The notes: generated from the sequence alone by a model not told the origin. A DNA stretch of 64,000 nucleotides from Candidatus Omnitrophota bacterium (GCA_041649175.1 JBAZNR010000001.1:1039497-1103496); one strand, 5' to 3'; numbered from the stretch's first letter, positions 49,704 to 59,662 are shown. Program-made: numbers and translations.

Positions 49704-49945
49704 GACTTGAAACTTCGCTGGGCTTTAGTTATTTTTCCGGCTTTGATACAGCGGCTGCAGACCAAAGCGGTTTGAACGGTACCGTTAAGAATGATCTTAA
49801 CTTTTTGCAGATTAGGTAAATAGTGGCGCAGGGTCTTTCCGGTGATCTTTTGACCGGCGCCGCCTTTGGCTTTCGCCATACCGCGTCGGACGTATTTGTT
49901 TCCCCGTATAGAACCTTTGTTGCAGATTTTGCAGAATTTTGCCAT
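49700..49945 (-). CDS. rpmB: 50S ribosomal protein L28
   Basis: MAKFCKICNKG...RHYLPNLQKVK matches the L28 signature (LPNLQ). This is the only minus-strand gene in the window, and its 3' end converges on recJ. Confidence 0.85.
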   Translation of the reverse strand: MAKFCKICNKGSIRGNKYVRRGMAKAKGGAGQKITGKTLRHYLPNLQKVKIILNGTVQTALVCSRCIKAGKITKAQRSFKS

Positions 49946-50114
49946 AGTTTTTTCGTGTTTGTAGGTTTTAAAAAATATTTGAACGACGAACTGATGAAGT
50001 ATACTTGAAAATAGAATTTTGTCAATAATATTTTACGGGCGGCTTTCGCTCGGAATTTCTCCGGGGATCGTAAATCAGGCTCATAAAAAGTTCTGTGGTA
50101 TTCTTTAGAAGAGA

Positions 50115-50120
50115 TATAAT
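50115..50120 (+). promoter_or_regulatory. TATAAT -10 element 7 nt upstream of the helicase-nuclease ATG (candidate leaderless transcript)
   Basis: TATAAT at 50115-50120, ATG at 50128, and no room for a Shine-Dalgarno sequence. The -35 region (TTCTGT) is weak. Confidence 0.4.
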
Positions 50121-50127
50121 ACGTTAA

Positions 50128-53043
50128 ATGGCTAATCCCATCCTAAAAGATCTTAATCCTCAGCAAAAAAAATCCGTTATCCACGAGCAGGGGCCGCTTC
50201 TTATCATTGCGGGAGCCGGCACGGGGAAGACAACGGTCATTACGCATCGTATCGCGCATTTGATCGTTGATAAGAAGATCCGTCCCGACCAGATCTTGGC
50301 CCTTACGTTTACCGATAAGGCGGCATTTCAAATGCAGGAAAAAGTTGACATCTTAGTGCCGTATGGATTTACGGATACCTGGATCTATACGTTCCATGCC
50401 TTCGGAGACAAGATTTTACGCGAAAATGCTTTGGAATTAGGTATGAACCCTGATTTTAAAGTTTTGACCCGTCCCCAAACTGTTGTTTTTTTTAGGGAAA
50501 ATTTATTTAAATTTCCGCTGAGCTACTATCGCCCCCTAGGAACGCCGACGAAATTCATTGATGCGATGATCTCACTTTTTTCGCGCGCCCGCGACGAAGA
50601 CATTTCTCCTCAAGAATATCTCGGGTATGCCCAAAAACTTCTCATAAAAGCCCGAGAAGGCACGGACAATGCGCTTACTGAAGAGGCGATGCGGGAAATG
50701 GAATTGGCAAAATGCTACGAGCAATATCAAGAATTATTGTTAAAAGCCAACAAAATCGATTTTGCCAATCAATTCTATTTAACGCTTAATTTGTTTCGCC
50801 AGCGGCCCAGTGTTCTTCGGCGTTATCAAAACCAGTTTAAATATATTCTGATCGATGAATTTCAAGACACGAATTATGCGCAATTTGAGCTCGTGAAGCT
50901 TTTAGCGGGAAAAGATTGTAACTTAACGGCTGTGGCCGACGATGATCAGTCTATCTATAAATGGCGAGGAGCTGCCGTCAGTAATATTTTAAACTTTATG
51001 AAGGTGTATCCTAAAAGCGAGAAGATCGCCCTGACAAAGAATTATCGCTCGGTTCAGCCTATTTTAGATTGCGCTTATCGTATCATTCAAAATAATAATC
51101 CGGACCGTTTTGAAGTGCAGGCCAAGATCAATAAGCGCCTGATCGGGATTTCCAAGAAGGGAAAGCCGGCCAAGCATATGCATTTTGATACCTTATCTTC
51201 GGAAGCGGATTGGGTGGCGGAATGTATCGAAAAAAAAGTTAAATCCAAGAAAAATGATTACTGTGATTTTGCTATTTTGGTCCGCTCTAACTCTGACGCG
51301 GATGCGTTTTTACAAGCACTTAACATGCGCGGGATCCCTTGGCAGTTTAGCGGTAATCAAGGGCTTTATTCGTGCGACGAGATTCGCTTGTGTATTGCGT
51401 TTTTACGGCTGATGATCAACCCATCAGATTCTCTGAGTTTGTATTTCTTATCGACATCCGCTTGTTATCAGCTCCCGATCGTTGAACTGACCAGGGTAAT
51501 GAATCTAGCTCAACGCAAACAATGGGACCTTTTTTATATTTTACAAAAACCAGAAGCGCTAAACGGGGCCGGAGAGTTGTCCGGCGAGTTTTTATCAGCG
51601 AAAACAAAAATTATTAAGGATATTTCCAGCTTTTTAGAATTATCCAAGACACATTCGGCAGGGAAACTACTATATCTTTTTTTAACACAAACAGGGTTTA
51701 TCAAAGATCTTGCGCAAGATCAAAACGCGGACAATGAACAAAAAATAAAGAATCTGGCAAAGTTTTTTGACATCATTAAAGAATTTGAGTCCGTTTCCGG
51801 TGAGAACCGGGCGATCGCCTTTGTGAATTATTTGGACATGCTGATCAATGTTGGCGATGACCCACCGGTGGCGCAAGCTGACTTGGATGCGCGCGCGGTC
51901 AACATCCTGACGATCCATAAAGCCAAGGGTTTGGAATTTCCGGTTGTTTTTATGGTGTCTTTAGTGGAGCGCCGCTTTCCGTGGCCTTTACGCCGAGAGC
52001 CTATTGAAATTCCGGAAGACCTGATCAAAGACATTCTTCCTGTCGGTGATTTTCATATTCAAGAGGAGCGAAGACTTTTTTACGTCGGAATGACACGCGC
52101 CGAAAAGGAACTGTATTTGACCTCAGCCTCGGATTACGGAACAAAGCGTCCTAAAAATGTCAGCCGTTTTGTCTTGGAAGCGGTGGCGGACAAAAGGCTA
52201 GTTCAAGCTATAAAGAAAAGTGCTTTAGAAGCCATTGAACGCAATGCTCCCCGCGCTAAAGCGCAAGCATTGGCTTCGTCGTCGGTCATTGATGACGAAC
52301 AGATCCTTAATCTAAGTTATTTCCAGATCGATGATTATTTGACTTGTCCGCTAAAATATAAATATGTCCATATTTTACGCGTGCCGATCATGGCGCATCA
52401 TACAGTTCTTTACGGCAAAGCTCTTCACGACGCGGTGCAGTATTATCACCAAAATAAGATCAAAAATTTACCAATTTCGGAAGATGATGTTGTTAAGGTT
52501 TTCGAAGAATCATTTCGCCGTGAAGGGTTTTTGTCGAGAGAGCATATTGAGTTGCGTTTAAAATCCGGCACGCAGGCGATCAGGAATTTTTATCAGGATC
52601 AAGAAAGGTCAAAAGTCACTCCGGCTTATGTTGAAAAGGATTTCTCTTTTCTTCTGGGAAATAACCGGATGATCGGGCGCTGGGATAGAATTGATATTGT
52701 TGACGGGCAGGTCATTATTATTGATTTCAAATCTTCAGCGGTAGAAACGCAAGAAAATGCTGATCGCCAGGCAAAAGAGAGCTTGCAACTTTCCTTATAC
52801 AGCTTGGCGTATGAAAAAATATTCGATCAAATTCCTTCCTATAAAGAGCTTCATTTTCTTGAAACCGGATTAGTAGGGCGGGCGCAGGTTGCCGCGGTAA
52901 ATGCGGAAAAAGTTACCGAAATAGTTTTAAAGGCATCTTCCGGTATCCGTTCGGCGGATTTTGCGGCCAAGCCAACGCGCATGGCTTGTCTTTTCTGCGC
53001 GTATAATCAGATCTGTCCGTCTGCGGAAATCCATGAAAGATAA
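50128..53043 (+). CDS. UvrD/Rep-family SF1 helicase fused to a C-terminal PD-(D/E)xK nuclease with a Cas4/AddB-type Fe-S Cys cluster
   Basis: Walker A motif GAGTGKTTV and UvrD motifs (DEFQDTN, helicase C-terminal TIHKAKGLEF). The C-terminus has DYLTCPLKYKY ... CLFCAYNQICPS, a C...CxxC...C ligand set. Length is 971 aa. Confidence 0.8.
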   Translation: MANPILKDLNPQQKKSVIHEQGPLLIIAGAGTGKTTVITHRIAHLIVDKKIRPDQILALTFTDKAAFQMQEKVDILVPYGFTDTWIYTFHAFGDKILRENALELGMNPDFKVLTRPQTVVFFRENLFKFPLSYYRPLGTPTKFIDAMISLFSRARDEDISPQEYLGYAQKLLIKAREGTDNALTEEAMREMELAKCYEQYQELLLKANKIDFANQFYLTLNLFRQRPSVLRRYQNQFKYILIDEFQDTNYAQFELVKLLAGKDCNLTAVADDDQSIYKWRGAAVSNILNFMKVYPKSEKIALTKNYRSVQPILDCAYRIIQNNNPDRFEVQAKINKRLIGISKKGKPAKHMHFDTLSSEADWVAECIEKKVKSKKNDYCDFAILVRSNSDADAFLQALNMRGIPWQFSGNQGLYSCDEIRLCIAFLRLMINPSDSLSLYFLSTSACYQLPIVELTRVMNLAQRKQWDLFYILQKPEALNGAGELSGEFLSAKTKIIKDISSFLELSKTHSAGKLLYLFLTQTGFIKDLAQDQNADNEQKIKNLAKFFDIIKEFESVSGENRAIAFVNYLDMLINVGDDPPVAQADLDARAVNILTIHKAKGLEFPVVFMVSLVERRFPWPLRREPIEIPEDLIKDILPVGDFHIQEERRLFYVGMTRAEKELYLTSASDYGTKRPKNVSRFVLEAVADKRLVQAIKKSALEAIERNAPRAKAQALASSSVIDDEQILNLSYFQIDDYLTCPLKYKYVHILRVPIMAHHTVLYGKALHDAVQYYHQNKIKNLPISEDDVVKVFEESFRREGFLSREHIELRLKSGTQAIRNFYQDQERSKVTPAYVEKDFSFLLGNNRMIGRWDRIDIVDGQVIIIDFKSSAVETQENADRQAKESLQLSLYSLAYEKIFDQIPSYKELHFLETGLVGRAQVAAVNAEKVTEIVLKASSGIRSADFAAKPTRMACLFCAYNQICPSAEIHER

Positions 53044-53144
53044 GCGGGACATTCTCTCTTACGATTTGCAGCGGCATTTTTTCCGTATCTCGTAGAGATA
53101 AAACGTGATAGTAAAACTTTTGCAAAGGGGCTTCACGAAATATA

Positions 53145-53172
53145 TTGACAGAAAGTTGTCCATAGCTATAGA
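53145..53172 (+). promoter_or_regulatory. Consensus sigma70 promoter for the 73-aa protein gene
   Basis: TTGACA at 53145-53150, a 16-nt spacer, then TATAGA at 53167-53172. An AAAGGAG RBS precedes the ATG at 53203. Confidence 0.55.
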
Positions 53173-53202
53173 ATAAGGCAAATCCTGAAGAAAGGAGCAT
53201 CA

Positions 53203-53424
53203 ATGGCTAAGATCGATCTTAAAGAGTTATTGAAGGACAAGAGAGTTGTCGAAGAGATCAACCGACATCTCTGGATTGAAAGCGAAAAGGCCGGCTATGA
53301 TATTGGTTTTGAAAAGGCGGCTGAAGACTGGCTCAAGCGTTTTTCCGCAGAATGGGTCAAGTTTCACGCGACTAACGGGGCTGACGCAAAAAAGGCACGT
53401 AGCGCAAAATCGTATTTCAAATAA
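53203..53424 (+). CDS. Small hypothetical protein of 73 aa
   Basis: Strong RBS and its own promoter. The protein is charged and predicted helical (MAKIDLKELLKDKRVVEEINRHLWIESEKAGYDIGFEKAAEDWLKRFSAEWVKFHATNG...). Confidence 0.6.
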   Translation: MAKIDLKELLKDKRVVEEINRHLWIESEKAGYDIGFEKAAEDWLKRFSAEWVKFHATNGADAKKARSAKSYFK

Positions 53425-53603
53425 CAGCCTGTTGTACCGAATTTTTCTTAGGATATTGTTTTTCTTATTTTTGTCAATCATCCCGCCTGTAGGTTATGCC
53501 CACTTTAAAAAGATTTAAAATAATCTCTTTTTATGATTACGGCATAAAATAGATACGCCAGATTTGAATATCAACAGCAGCATGAAATCTACGAGGAAAT
53601 TTA

Positions 53604-55235
53604 ATGTCATTTAACTTATCAAAATTAAACAATTTCAAAACAAGGCCTGGTCCGCTTTTATTGATCATCTTAGACGGAGTTGGCTTAGGAAAACGCGATA
53701 ATTCCGACGGAGTTTTTATGGCGAAAACGCCGTGCTTAGATGAGCTTATGAAAGGCAAGTTATATACAACGCTTAAGGCTCATGGAACAGCTGTTGGAAT
53801 GCCCAGCGATGAAGATATGGGCAATAGTGAAGTTGGCCATAATGCTTTAGGGGCGGGGCGGGTTTTTGCGCAAGGCGCTAAACTTGTCAGCGAGGCGATT
53901 AACGCGAAGCGAATATTTCAAACACCTCTCTGGGGAAAGCTTATCGCGCAAGCCAAGCATGATAACAAGTCTCTGCATTTCATCGGCCTTCTTTCTGACG
54001 GCAATGTTCATTCGCATATCGATCATTTGTTCGCGCTTTTAAATCAATGCGTTAAAGAAGAGGTAAAAAAGGTCAGGCTTCATATTCTTCTTGACGGACG
54101 CGACGTTGGGCAGAAATCCGCGCCGATCTATTTAGAAAAAACCGAAAAGCTTTTAAGCGAGATCAGCAAGCAAAAAGGTTTTGATTACCGCATTGCGTCC
54201 GGCGGCGGGCGTATGGTAACTACCATGGACCGCTATAATGCCGACTGGACCATTGTCAAGCGCGGTTGGGATGCTCACGTGCTTGGAAAAGGGCGTCAGT
54301 TTTCTTCGGCAATGGAAGCCGTTTCAAAATACTATGAAGAAGATGAAAAAATTACGGATCAATATCTAAATGCTTTTGTTATCGCGCAAAACGGACAACC
54401 CATTGGAGAAATTAAAGACGGTGACGCGGTTGTCTTTTTTAATTTTCGTGGTGACCGGGCGATCGAGATATCCCGCGCGTTTGAAGAAAAAGATTTTAAC
54501 GAGTTCGATCGAGAGCGCTATCCAAATGTCCTATATGCCGGAATGATGCAATACGACGGCGATTTGATGATCCCGAAAAATTATTTGGTCAGTCCGTCTC
54601 AGCTTGACAAAACTATCAGCGAATATTTGTGCGCTAATAAGATCAGTTCTTTTGCGATCTCTGAAACGCAAAAATTCGGGCATGTGACTTATTTTTGGAA
54701 CGGAAATAAATCCGGTTATATTGACAAAAGCCTGGAAACCTACGTTGAAGTTCCGTCGGACAAGATCCGTTTTGACCTAGCGCCAAAAATGAAGGCTTTT
54801 GAAATTACCGAGAAAACCATTGAGCTTTTGAAAAGCGGAAAATACCGTTTTGGCCGCCTTAATTTCCCTAACGGAGACATGGTCGGGCATACAGGTGTTG
54901 AAAAAGCTATCATTACCTCGGTTGAAGCCGCCGATGTTTGTACGGCGCGTCTTATCGCGACTGTTAACGAACTAAAGGGAATTACTGTCATCTTGGCCGA
55001 TCACGGCAATGCCGACGAAATGTTTGTTGTTAAAGACGGCAAAAAAGTCGTCAAGACGTCCCATTCACTTAATCCTGTTCCGTTCGCTATCGTTGATTCG
55101 CAGTATAGCGGCGAATATGAAATGGCCAAATTAGAAAAGCGCGGGCTCTCTAACGTAGCAGCGACCTTGCTTAATCTTCTTGGTTTTGAAAGCGTTAAAG
55201 AATATGATCCGTCGCTGGTCACCTTTAAATCATAA
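53604..55235 (+). CDS. gpmI: 2,3-bisphosphoglycerate-independent phosphoglycerate mutase
   Basis: iPGM motifs (LLIILDGVGLG, GNSEVGHNALGAG, DGRD). Length is 543 aa. Confidence 0.92.
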   Translation: MSFNLSKLNNFKTRPGPLLLIILDGVGLGKRDNSDGVFMAKTPCLDELMKGKLYTTLKAHGTAVGMPSDEDMGNSEVGHNALGAGRVFAQGAKLVSEAINAKRIFQTPLWGKLIAQAKHDNKSLHFIGLLSDGNVHSHIDHLFALLNQCVKEEVKKVRLHILLDGRDVGQKSAPIYLEKTEKLLSEISKQKGFDYRIASGGGRMVTTMDRYNADWTIVKRGWDAHVLGKGRQFSSAMEAVSKYYEEDEKITDQYLNAFVIAQNGQPIGEIKDGDAVVFFNFRGDRAIEISRAFEEKDFNEFDRERYPNVLYAGMMQYDGDLMIPKNYLVSPSQLDKTISEYLCANKISSFAISETQKFGHVTYFWNGNKSGYIDKSLETYVEVPSDKIRFDLAPKMKAFEITEKTIELLKSGKYRFGRLNFPNGDMVGHTGVEKAIITSVEAADVCTARLIATVNELKGITVILADHGNADEMFVVKDGKKVVKTSHSLNPVPFAIVDSQYSGEYEMAKLEKRGLSNVAATLLNLLGFESVKEYDPSLVTFKS

Positions 55236-55242
55236 TGGTTCA

Positions 55243-55845
55243 ATGACCACTGAAGAAAAAATTCAGAAAATTGAAAAGTTACGCGCCCAGATCGCGAAAT
55301 GTCAGCGTTGCCGTTTGCATCAAACCCGTACCAATACTGTTCCCGGCGAAGGCGATGTAGAGGCAAAGATCTTATTTATCGGAGAAGCCCCCGGGCGTAA
55401 CGAAGATTTGCAGGGAAAGCCTTTTGTTGGGCGAGCGGGAGATGTTTTTGACCGGCTTTTAGAGTCCATCGGACTTACCCGTCAGACCATTTATCTTTGT
55501 AATATCTTAAAATGCCGCCCTCCGGAAAATCGCGCTCCTTTAAGCGATGAAATACAAGCCTGTGTGGGAAGCTTAGATATTCAACTAAAAGTCGTTGACT
55601 CGCCGGTGATAGCCCCGATGGGAAATTTTGCCGTGACGTATATTTTTCAGAAATTTTCTATTCCGTTCAAGAAGATCAGCGATGTTCACGGAAAAGTATT
55701 TCAAGCCGAAACACCGTTTGGCGTAAAAAAAGTTGTTCCTTTATTTCATCCGGCAGTTGCGACATATGACAATAAGAAAATTGATATTTTATTGAAAGAT
55801 TTTCAGGTTCTTAAAGATTTTCTCGTAAAGGAAATTGCTGCTTAA
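55243..55845 (+). CDS. Family-4 uracil-DNA glycosylase (Fe-S-type UdgA)
   Basis: CQRCRL...GEAPG motif A and an HPAV-type motif B (LFHPAVATY). The start was moved to ATG 55243 to remove the overlap with gpmI. Confidence 0.85.
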   Translation: MTTEEKIQKIEKLRAQIAKCQRCRLHQTRTNTVPGEGDVEAKILFIGEAPGRNEDLQGKPFVGRAGDVFDRLLESIGLTRQTIYLCNILKCRPPENRAPLSDEIQACVGSLDIQLKVVDSPVIAPMGNFAVTYIFQKFSIPFKKISDVHGKVFQAETPFGVKKVVPLFHPAVATYDNKKIDILLKDFQVLKDFLVKEIAA

Positions 55846-56579
55846 TGGATATCAGCTTATCTCTGATCGTTAAAATTATTTTCGGATTGGGATTTCTTGT
55901 TTTTATCGTTGCTTCGTTCTGCGTTTTCTTCGATCAAGCTGTCTTGACCCGTAAGGAAACGATCTACCGCGTTAAAACTCCCCAAAAAAGAATCGCGCTT
56001 ACCTTTGATGACGGTCCGTCTCCGGTTTGGACGCCTCAAATATTAGATGAATTAAAAAAAGCTAACGTTAAGGCTACTTTTTTTATGATCGGCCATCATG
56101 TTAAAAAATATCCGGATATTGCCAGACGGGTTGCCGACGAAGGGCATTTGATCGGCAATCACGGGTATGCCCATAGCGTTTTAATGTATTACACGCCGGA
56201 AGAATTAGAGGAAGAAATTAAATACACGGAGCATGTCATTCGTGAGATCACCGGGCAGACGACTAAATATTTCCGTCCGCCCAAAGCTTGGTTGGGAAAA
56301 AGAGAAAAAGAAATTATTAAATCGATCGGCTATGAGGTTGTTTTGTGGTCTTTGAATTCTAAAGACTGGGTAACCTTTGATGACAAATATATCATCCGCT
56401 ATATTCTGCGCCACATTAAAAATGGCGATATTCTTCTTTTTCATGATAGCGGCGGAGTTTTTAAAGCTGAAGGCGGAGACCGTCGGGAGACGGTTTCGAC
56501 AATGCCATTGCTGGCCGAAAAGCTGAAAGAACGCGGCTTTCAATTTGTAACCATTGAGGAGCTTATTCATGGGCAATGA
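55845..56579 (+). CDS. Polysaccharide deacetylase (NodB-homology, CE4)
   Basis: N-terminal TM segment plus TFDDGP and HGYAH motifs. Confidence 0.85.
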   Translation: MDISLSLIVKIIFGLGFLVFIVASFCVFFDQAVLTRKETIYRVKTPQKRIALTFDDGPSPVWTPQILDELKKANVKATFFMIGHHVKKYPDIARRVADEGHLIGNHGYAHSVLMYYTPEELEEEIKYTEHVIREITGQTTKYFRPPKAWLGKREKEIIKSIGYEVVLWSLNSKDWVTFDDKYIIRYILRHIKNGDILLFHDSGGVFKAEGGDRRETVSTMPLLAEKLKERGFQFVTIEELIHGQ

Positions 56580-58239
56580 TTTTTTTGCAAAACTTAGTCA
56601 CGGAAAGTTAGTTTTAGCTCTTGTGGTTTTATCTTATATTTTTCTGATGTTCGGCAATGGGATCATTAGTTTGACGCATCCTGATGAGGTTTTTTATATT
56701 CAGACCGCCAAGGAGATGATGACGCATAAAAGTTGGATGACACCGTATATTTTTGATCAGCCACAATTTGAAAAGCCAATTTTTTCCTATTGGTTATTTA
56801 TTTTTGCGCTTAAGATCTTTGGGTTTACGCCGTTCGCGGCGCGTTTTGCACCGGCTTTCTTTGGGATTATCGGCGTCGTAGCGACTTATGCAATAGCTTA
56901 TATGCTTTTTCAAAACAAACGGTTAGCGTTTCTGTCAGGGGTCATCTTGACAACAAGTTTTATTTATATCGCGCTTTCTCGGGCGGTTTTAACCGATATG
57001 ATCTTTTCTATTTTGGTTGTTTTATCGCTGGGAGCTTTTTATTGGGGATATATCAATAAAGAAAAGCGCAGTTTAGGGGTTTTGGCATGCTTTGCTTTTT
57101 CGGGAGTGGCTGTTTTGGCAAAAGGGCTCTTAGGCTTTGTTTTTCCGGCTGGGATTATCGGCGCATTTTTGATCTATAAAAAAGACGGGGCGTATTTTAA
57201 GAGAGGTTCGACGCTTTTAGGGATTTTAATTTTCGCGGCTATTGCCATTCCTTGGCATGTTTTGATGTGGAAATTGTATGGATATCAATTTATTGATGAA
57301 TATTGGCACAATGATCATCTCCGCAGGATCTTTGAAGCCGAACATATGAAAAGCAATACGTGGTATTTCTATCTAGGAACTATGATCGGCGGACTTTTTC
57401 CTTGGACGCTATTTTTTCTGGCAGCTATTTTTACTGCTTTTAAGAATTTCTACCGTGAATCTTTGCAAAAAGAAAAATTAGTTTTCCTTCTTTTTTGGGT
57501 AAGCGTTGTTTTTATTGTTGTCCAGTCGGCGCAATCAAAATTAGCCAGTTATATTTTTCCTGTATTTCCGGCCTTGGCTATTGTTCTTGCCCGATATTTT
57601 GAGAATGCGTTCGGCACAAATGCCGATCAACCGGCGCAAAGATCAATAAAGATCATTTCTCGTATAATGGCGTCTGCGTTTTTCTTGGCGCCGTTTGCGA
57701 TCATCATTTTAAGCAAAAAATATTCTAACCTGATCGATGATATGGTTCCTATCTATGTCTTTTCCTTCTTGGCCTTGATCATCGCGAGCCTTTTATTTGT
57801 GTTCGCCAAAAAACCGCGGGTGGTTTTTGCGGTGGTTTGTTGCGTGACCGTAGCCGTTTTAGCTATTTTCTTTCTGGGGCGCGGTTCTGCGGAGCCTTGG
57901 GTATCTTGCCGGCACATTAGCGAAGAGCTTAACGCGGTCAATCGCGCGGATTCTACGGTTATTTGTTCAAAATTTTATTCGCGCGGCGTGCGATTTTACA
58001 CGGATAGGCCGATCGCAGTCATGGATATGAATGGTAAGGGATTTTTTAGTCCTCATCCGGTCCCGATGTTCCATAATGATGATCAAGTTTTTGCATTCTT
58101 GAATACTCAGGATCGAACCTTTGCCATTGTCAAGAAATCGGATTTTGAGAATCTTAAACGTATTTCGCAAGGGCAATTTTCTCTGGAATTGATCAAGGAA
58201 ATTGGCGGAAAATATTTATTAAAGATAGAAAAACAGTAA
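56569..58239 (+). CDS. GT-C-fold glycosyltransferase of the ArnT/PMT family (undecaprenyl-phosphate-sugar-dependent)
   Basis: ~13 TM helices with a periplasmic loop motif HPDEVFY after TM1. Length is 556 aa. Confidence 0.8.
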   Translation: MGNDFFAKLSHGKLVLALVVLSYIFLMFGNGIISLTHPDEVFYIQTAKEMMTHKSWMTPYIFDQPQFEKPIFSYWLFIFALKIFGFTPFAARFAPAFFGIIGVVATYAIAYMLFQNKRLAFLSGVILTTSFIYIALSRAVLTDMIFSILVVLSLGAFYWGYINKEKRSLGVLACFAFSGVAVLAKGLLGFVFPAGIIGAFLIYKKDGAYFKRGSTLLGILIFAAIAIPWHVLMWKLYGYQFIDEYWHNDHLRRIFEAEHMKSNTWYFYLGTMIGGLFPWTLFFLAAIFTAFKNFYRESLQKEKLVFLLFWVSVVFIVVQSAQSKLASYIFPVFPALAIVLARYFENAFGTNADQPAQRSIKIISRIMASAFFLAPFAIIILSKKYSNLIDDMVPIYVFSFLALIIASLLFVFAKKPRVVFAVVCCVTVAVLAIFFLGRGSAEPWVSCRHISEELNAVNRADSTVICSKFYSRGVRFYTDRPIAVMDMNGKGFFSPHPVPMFHNDDQVFAFLNTQDRTFAIVKKSDFENLKRISQGQFSLELIKEIGGKYLLKIEKQ

Positions 58240-58312
58240 TAGCGGAATATAATAATTCTCTAGAGAGCGGGAGCTGATTGTCTAAAAGCAAAGAAATTCG
58301 TAAATAAAATTT

Positions 58313-59662
58313 ATGAAAATACCTAAGAATATCGATAGCCTTATTTTTAATGACATTAACGTCGGTGTTTACCGCAATACGCCCGGCACGCATGGAAAAT
58401 TTATCCGCGTTAATGATGCGCTAGTTCGCATGTTCGGCTACAGCAATCAAAAGGAATTCTTAAAAAAGGTTCGCCCGTCCGATGTTTATTTTTATTCCGG
58501 CGATCGCAAGAAATTTAGCGAACTACTTGCCAAAAAAGGTTTTGTCCGAAGAAAAGAGCTTGTCTTAAAACGTCGAGACGGAACATTGGCGTATGTGCAA
58601 ATTACGGCAACAGCGGTGAAAGACAAAAGAGGGAAAGTCCGTTGGTTTGATGGGATCATTGAGGATGTAACGAAGTTTCGCCGGGAACAGGAGCGGTTTC
58701 GCCATATTTTTGAAAATTCACCCGTTGCCATCTGGGAAGAAGATTTATCGGCTGTTCTTCAGCTTATCAGGCGCTTGCAGAAACAGGGGACAAAAGACCT
58801 GCGAAAATATTTCTTGAGTCATCCTGCGATCGTTGCTCATGCTTTTCGGAATATTAAAATTTTAGATATCAATAAGGCTGCCTTGCAACTTTATGGAGCG
58901 AAGAATAAAAAAGAATTAGTTAAAAATTTTGGAAAAACATTTGCCGCCGGCGCTTTAGAGATATTAACGGATGAATTTCTTACCCTGGCCAAAGGTGAAA
59001 AGAATTTTTCCACAGAGTTAAAAAGTAGAACCATTGATGGCAAGATGCGCGATGTGCTTTTGCGCGTCTCAGTTCCTGATGGTTACGAAAGAAGCCTTTC
59101 CCGTGTTATTGTTACCTTGGAAGATATTACAGAACGTAAACAGCTTGAGCGGCATTTAAAAAAAGTTGCTCAGCAAGACGGTTTGACGAAATTATTCAAC
59201 AGTCGCGCCATATCCAAGCGGCTGGATGAAGAGCTTATTCGAGCCAAGCGCTATAATCTTAATCTTTCCTGCCTGATGCTGGATGTTGATTATTTTAAAG
59301 TGATCAATGATAAATTTGGACATCAAAAAGGCGATCAGATCTTAAAGCGTGTTGCGACCTTGATCAAAACGAGCTTGCGCCGCTCGGATATTGTCGGCCG
59401 TTATGGAGGCGATGAGTTTCTGGCGATCTTGACCCAAACGAAACCTGAAAATGCCAAGATCGCCGCCGAGCGTATCCGCCAATTGGTTACCGCGCAAAGG
59501 TTTCCTTCATATAAAAATATTCCAACCAAGATTACGGTCAGCATCGGTGTCAGCGGTTATCCTCATAAGGATGTTAAGGATTTTCGGAATTTGATCTCAA
59601 ATGCTGATAAAGCGCTTTATCTTGCAAAAGGTTCCGGCCGAGATTGCGTTATTTTGTCATAA
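58313..59662 (+). CDS. PAS-PAS-GGDEF diguanylate cyclase with an intact GGDEF active site and RxxD I-site
   Basis: C-terminal motif ...RRSDIVGRYGGDEFLAIL... The N-terminal ~270 aa are PAS-like repeats. Confidence 0.85.
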   Translation: MKIPKNIDSLIFNDINVGVYRNTPGTHGKFIRVNDALVRMFGYSNQKEFLKKVRPSDVYFYSGDRKKFSELLAKKGFVRRKELVLKRRDGTLAYVQITATAVKDKRGKVRWFDGIIEDVTKFRREQERFRHIFENSPVAIWEEDLSAVLQLIRRLQKQGTKDLRKYFLSHPAIVAHAFRNIKILDINKAALQLYGAKNKKELVKNFGKTFAAGALEILTDEFLTLAKGEKNFSTELKSRTIDGKMRDVLLRVSVPDGYERSLSRVIVTLEDITERKQLERHLKKVAQQDGLTKLFNSRAISKRLDEELIRAKRYNLNLSCLMLDVDYFKVINDKFGHQKGDQILKRVATLIKTSLRRSDIVGRYGGDEFLAILTQTKPENAKIAAERIRQLVTAQRFPSYKNIPTKITVSIGVSGYPHKDVKDFRNLISNADKALYLAKGSGRDCVILS

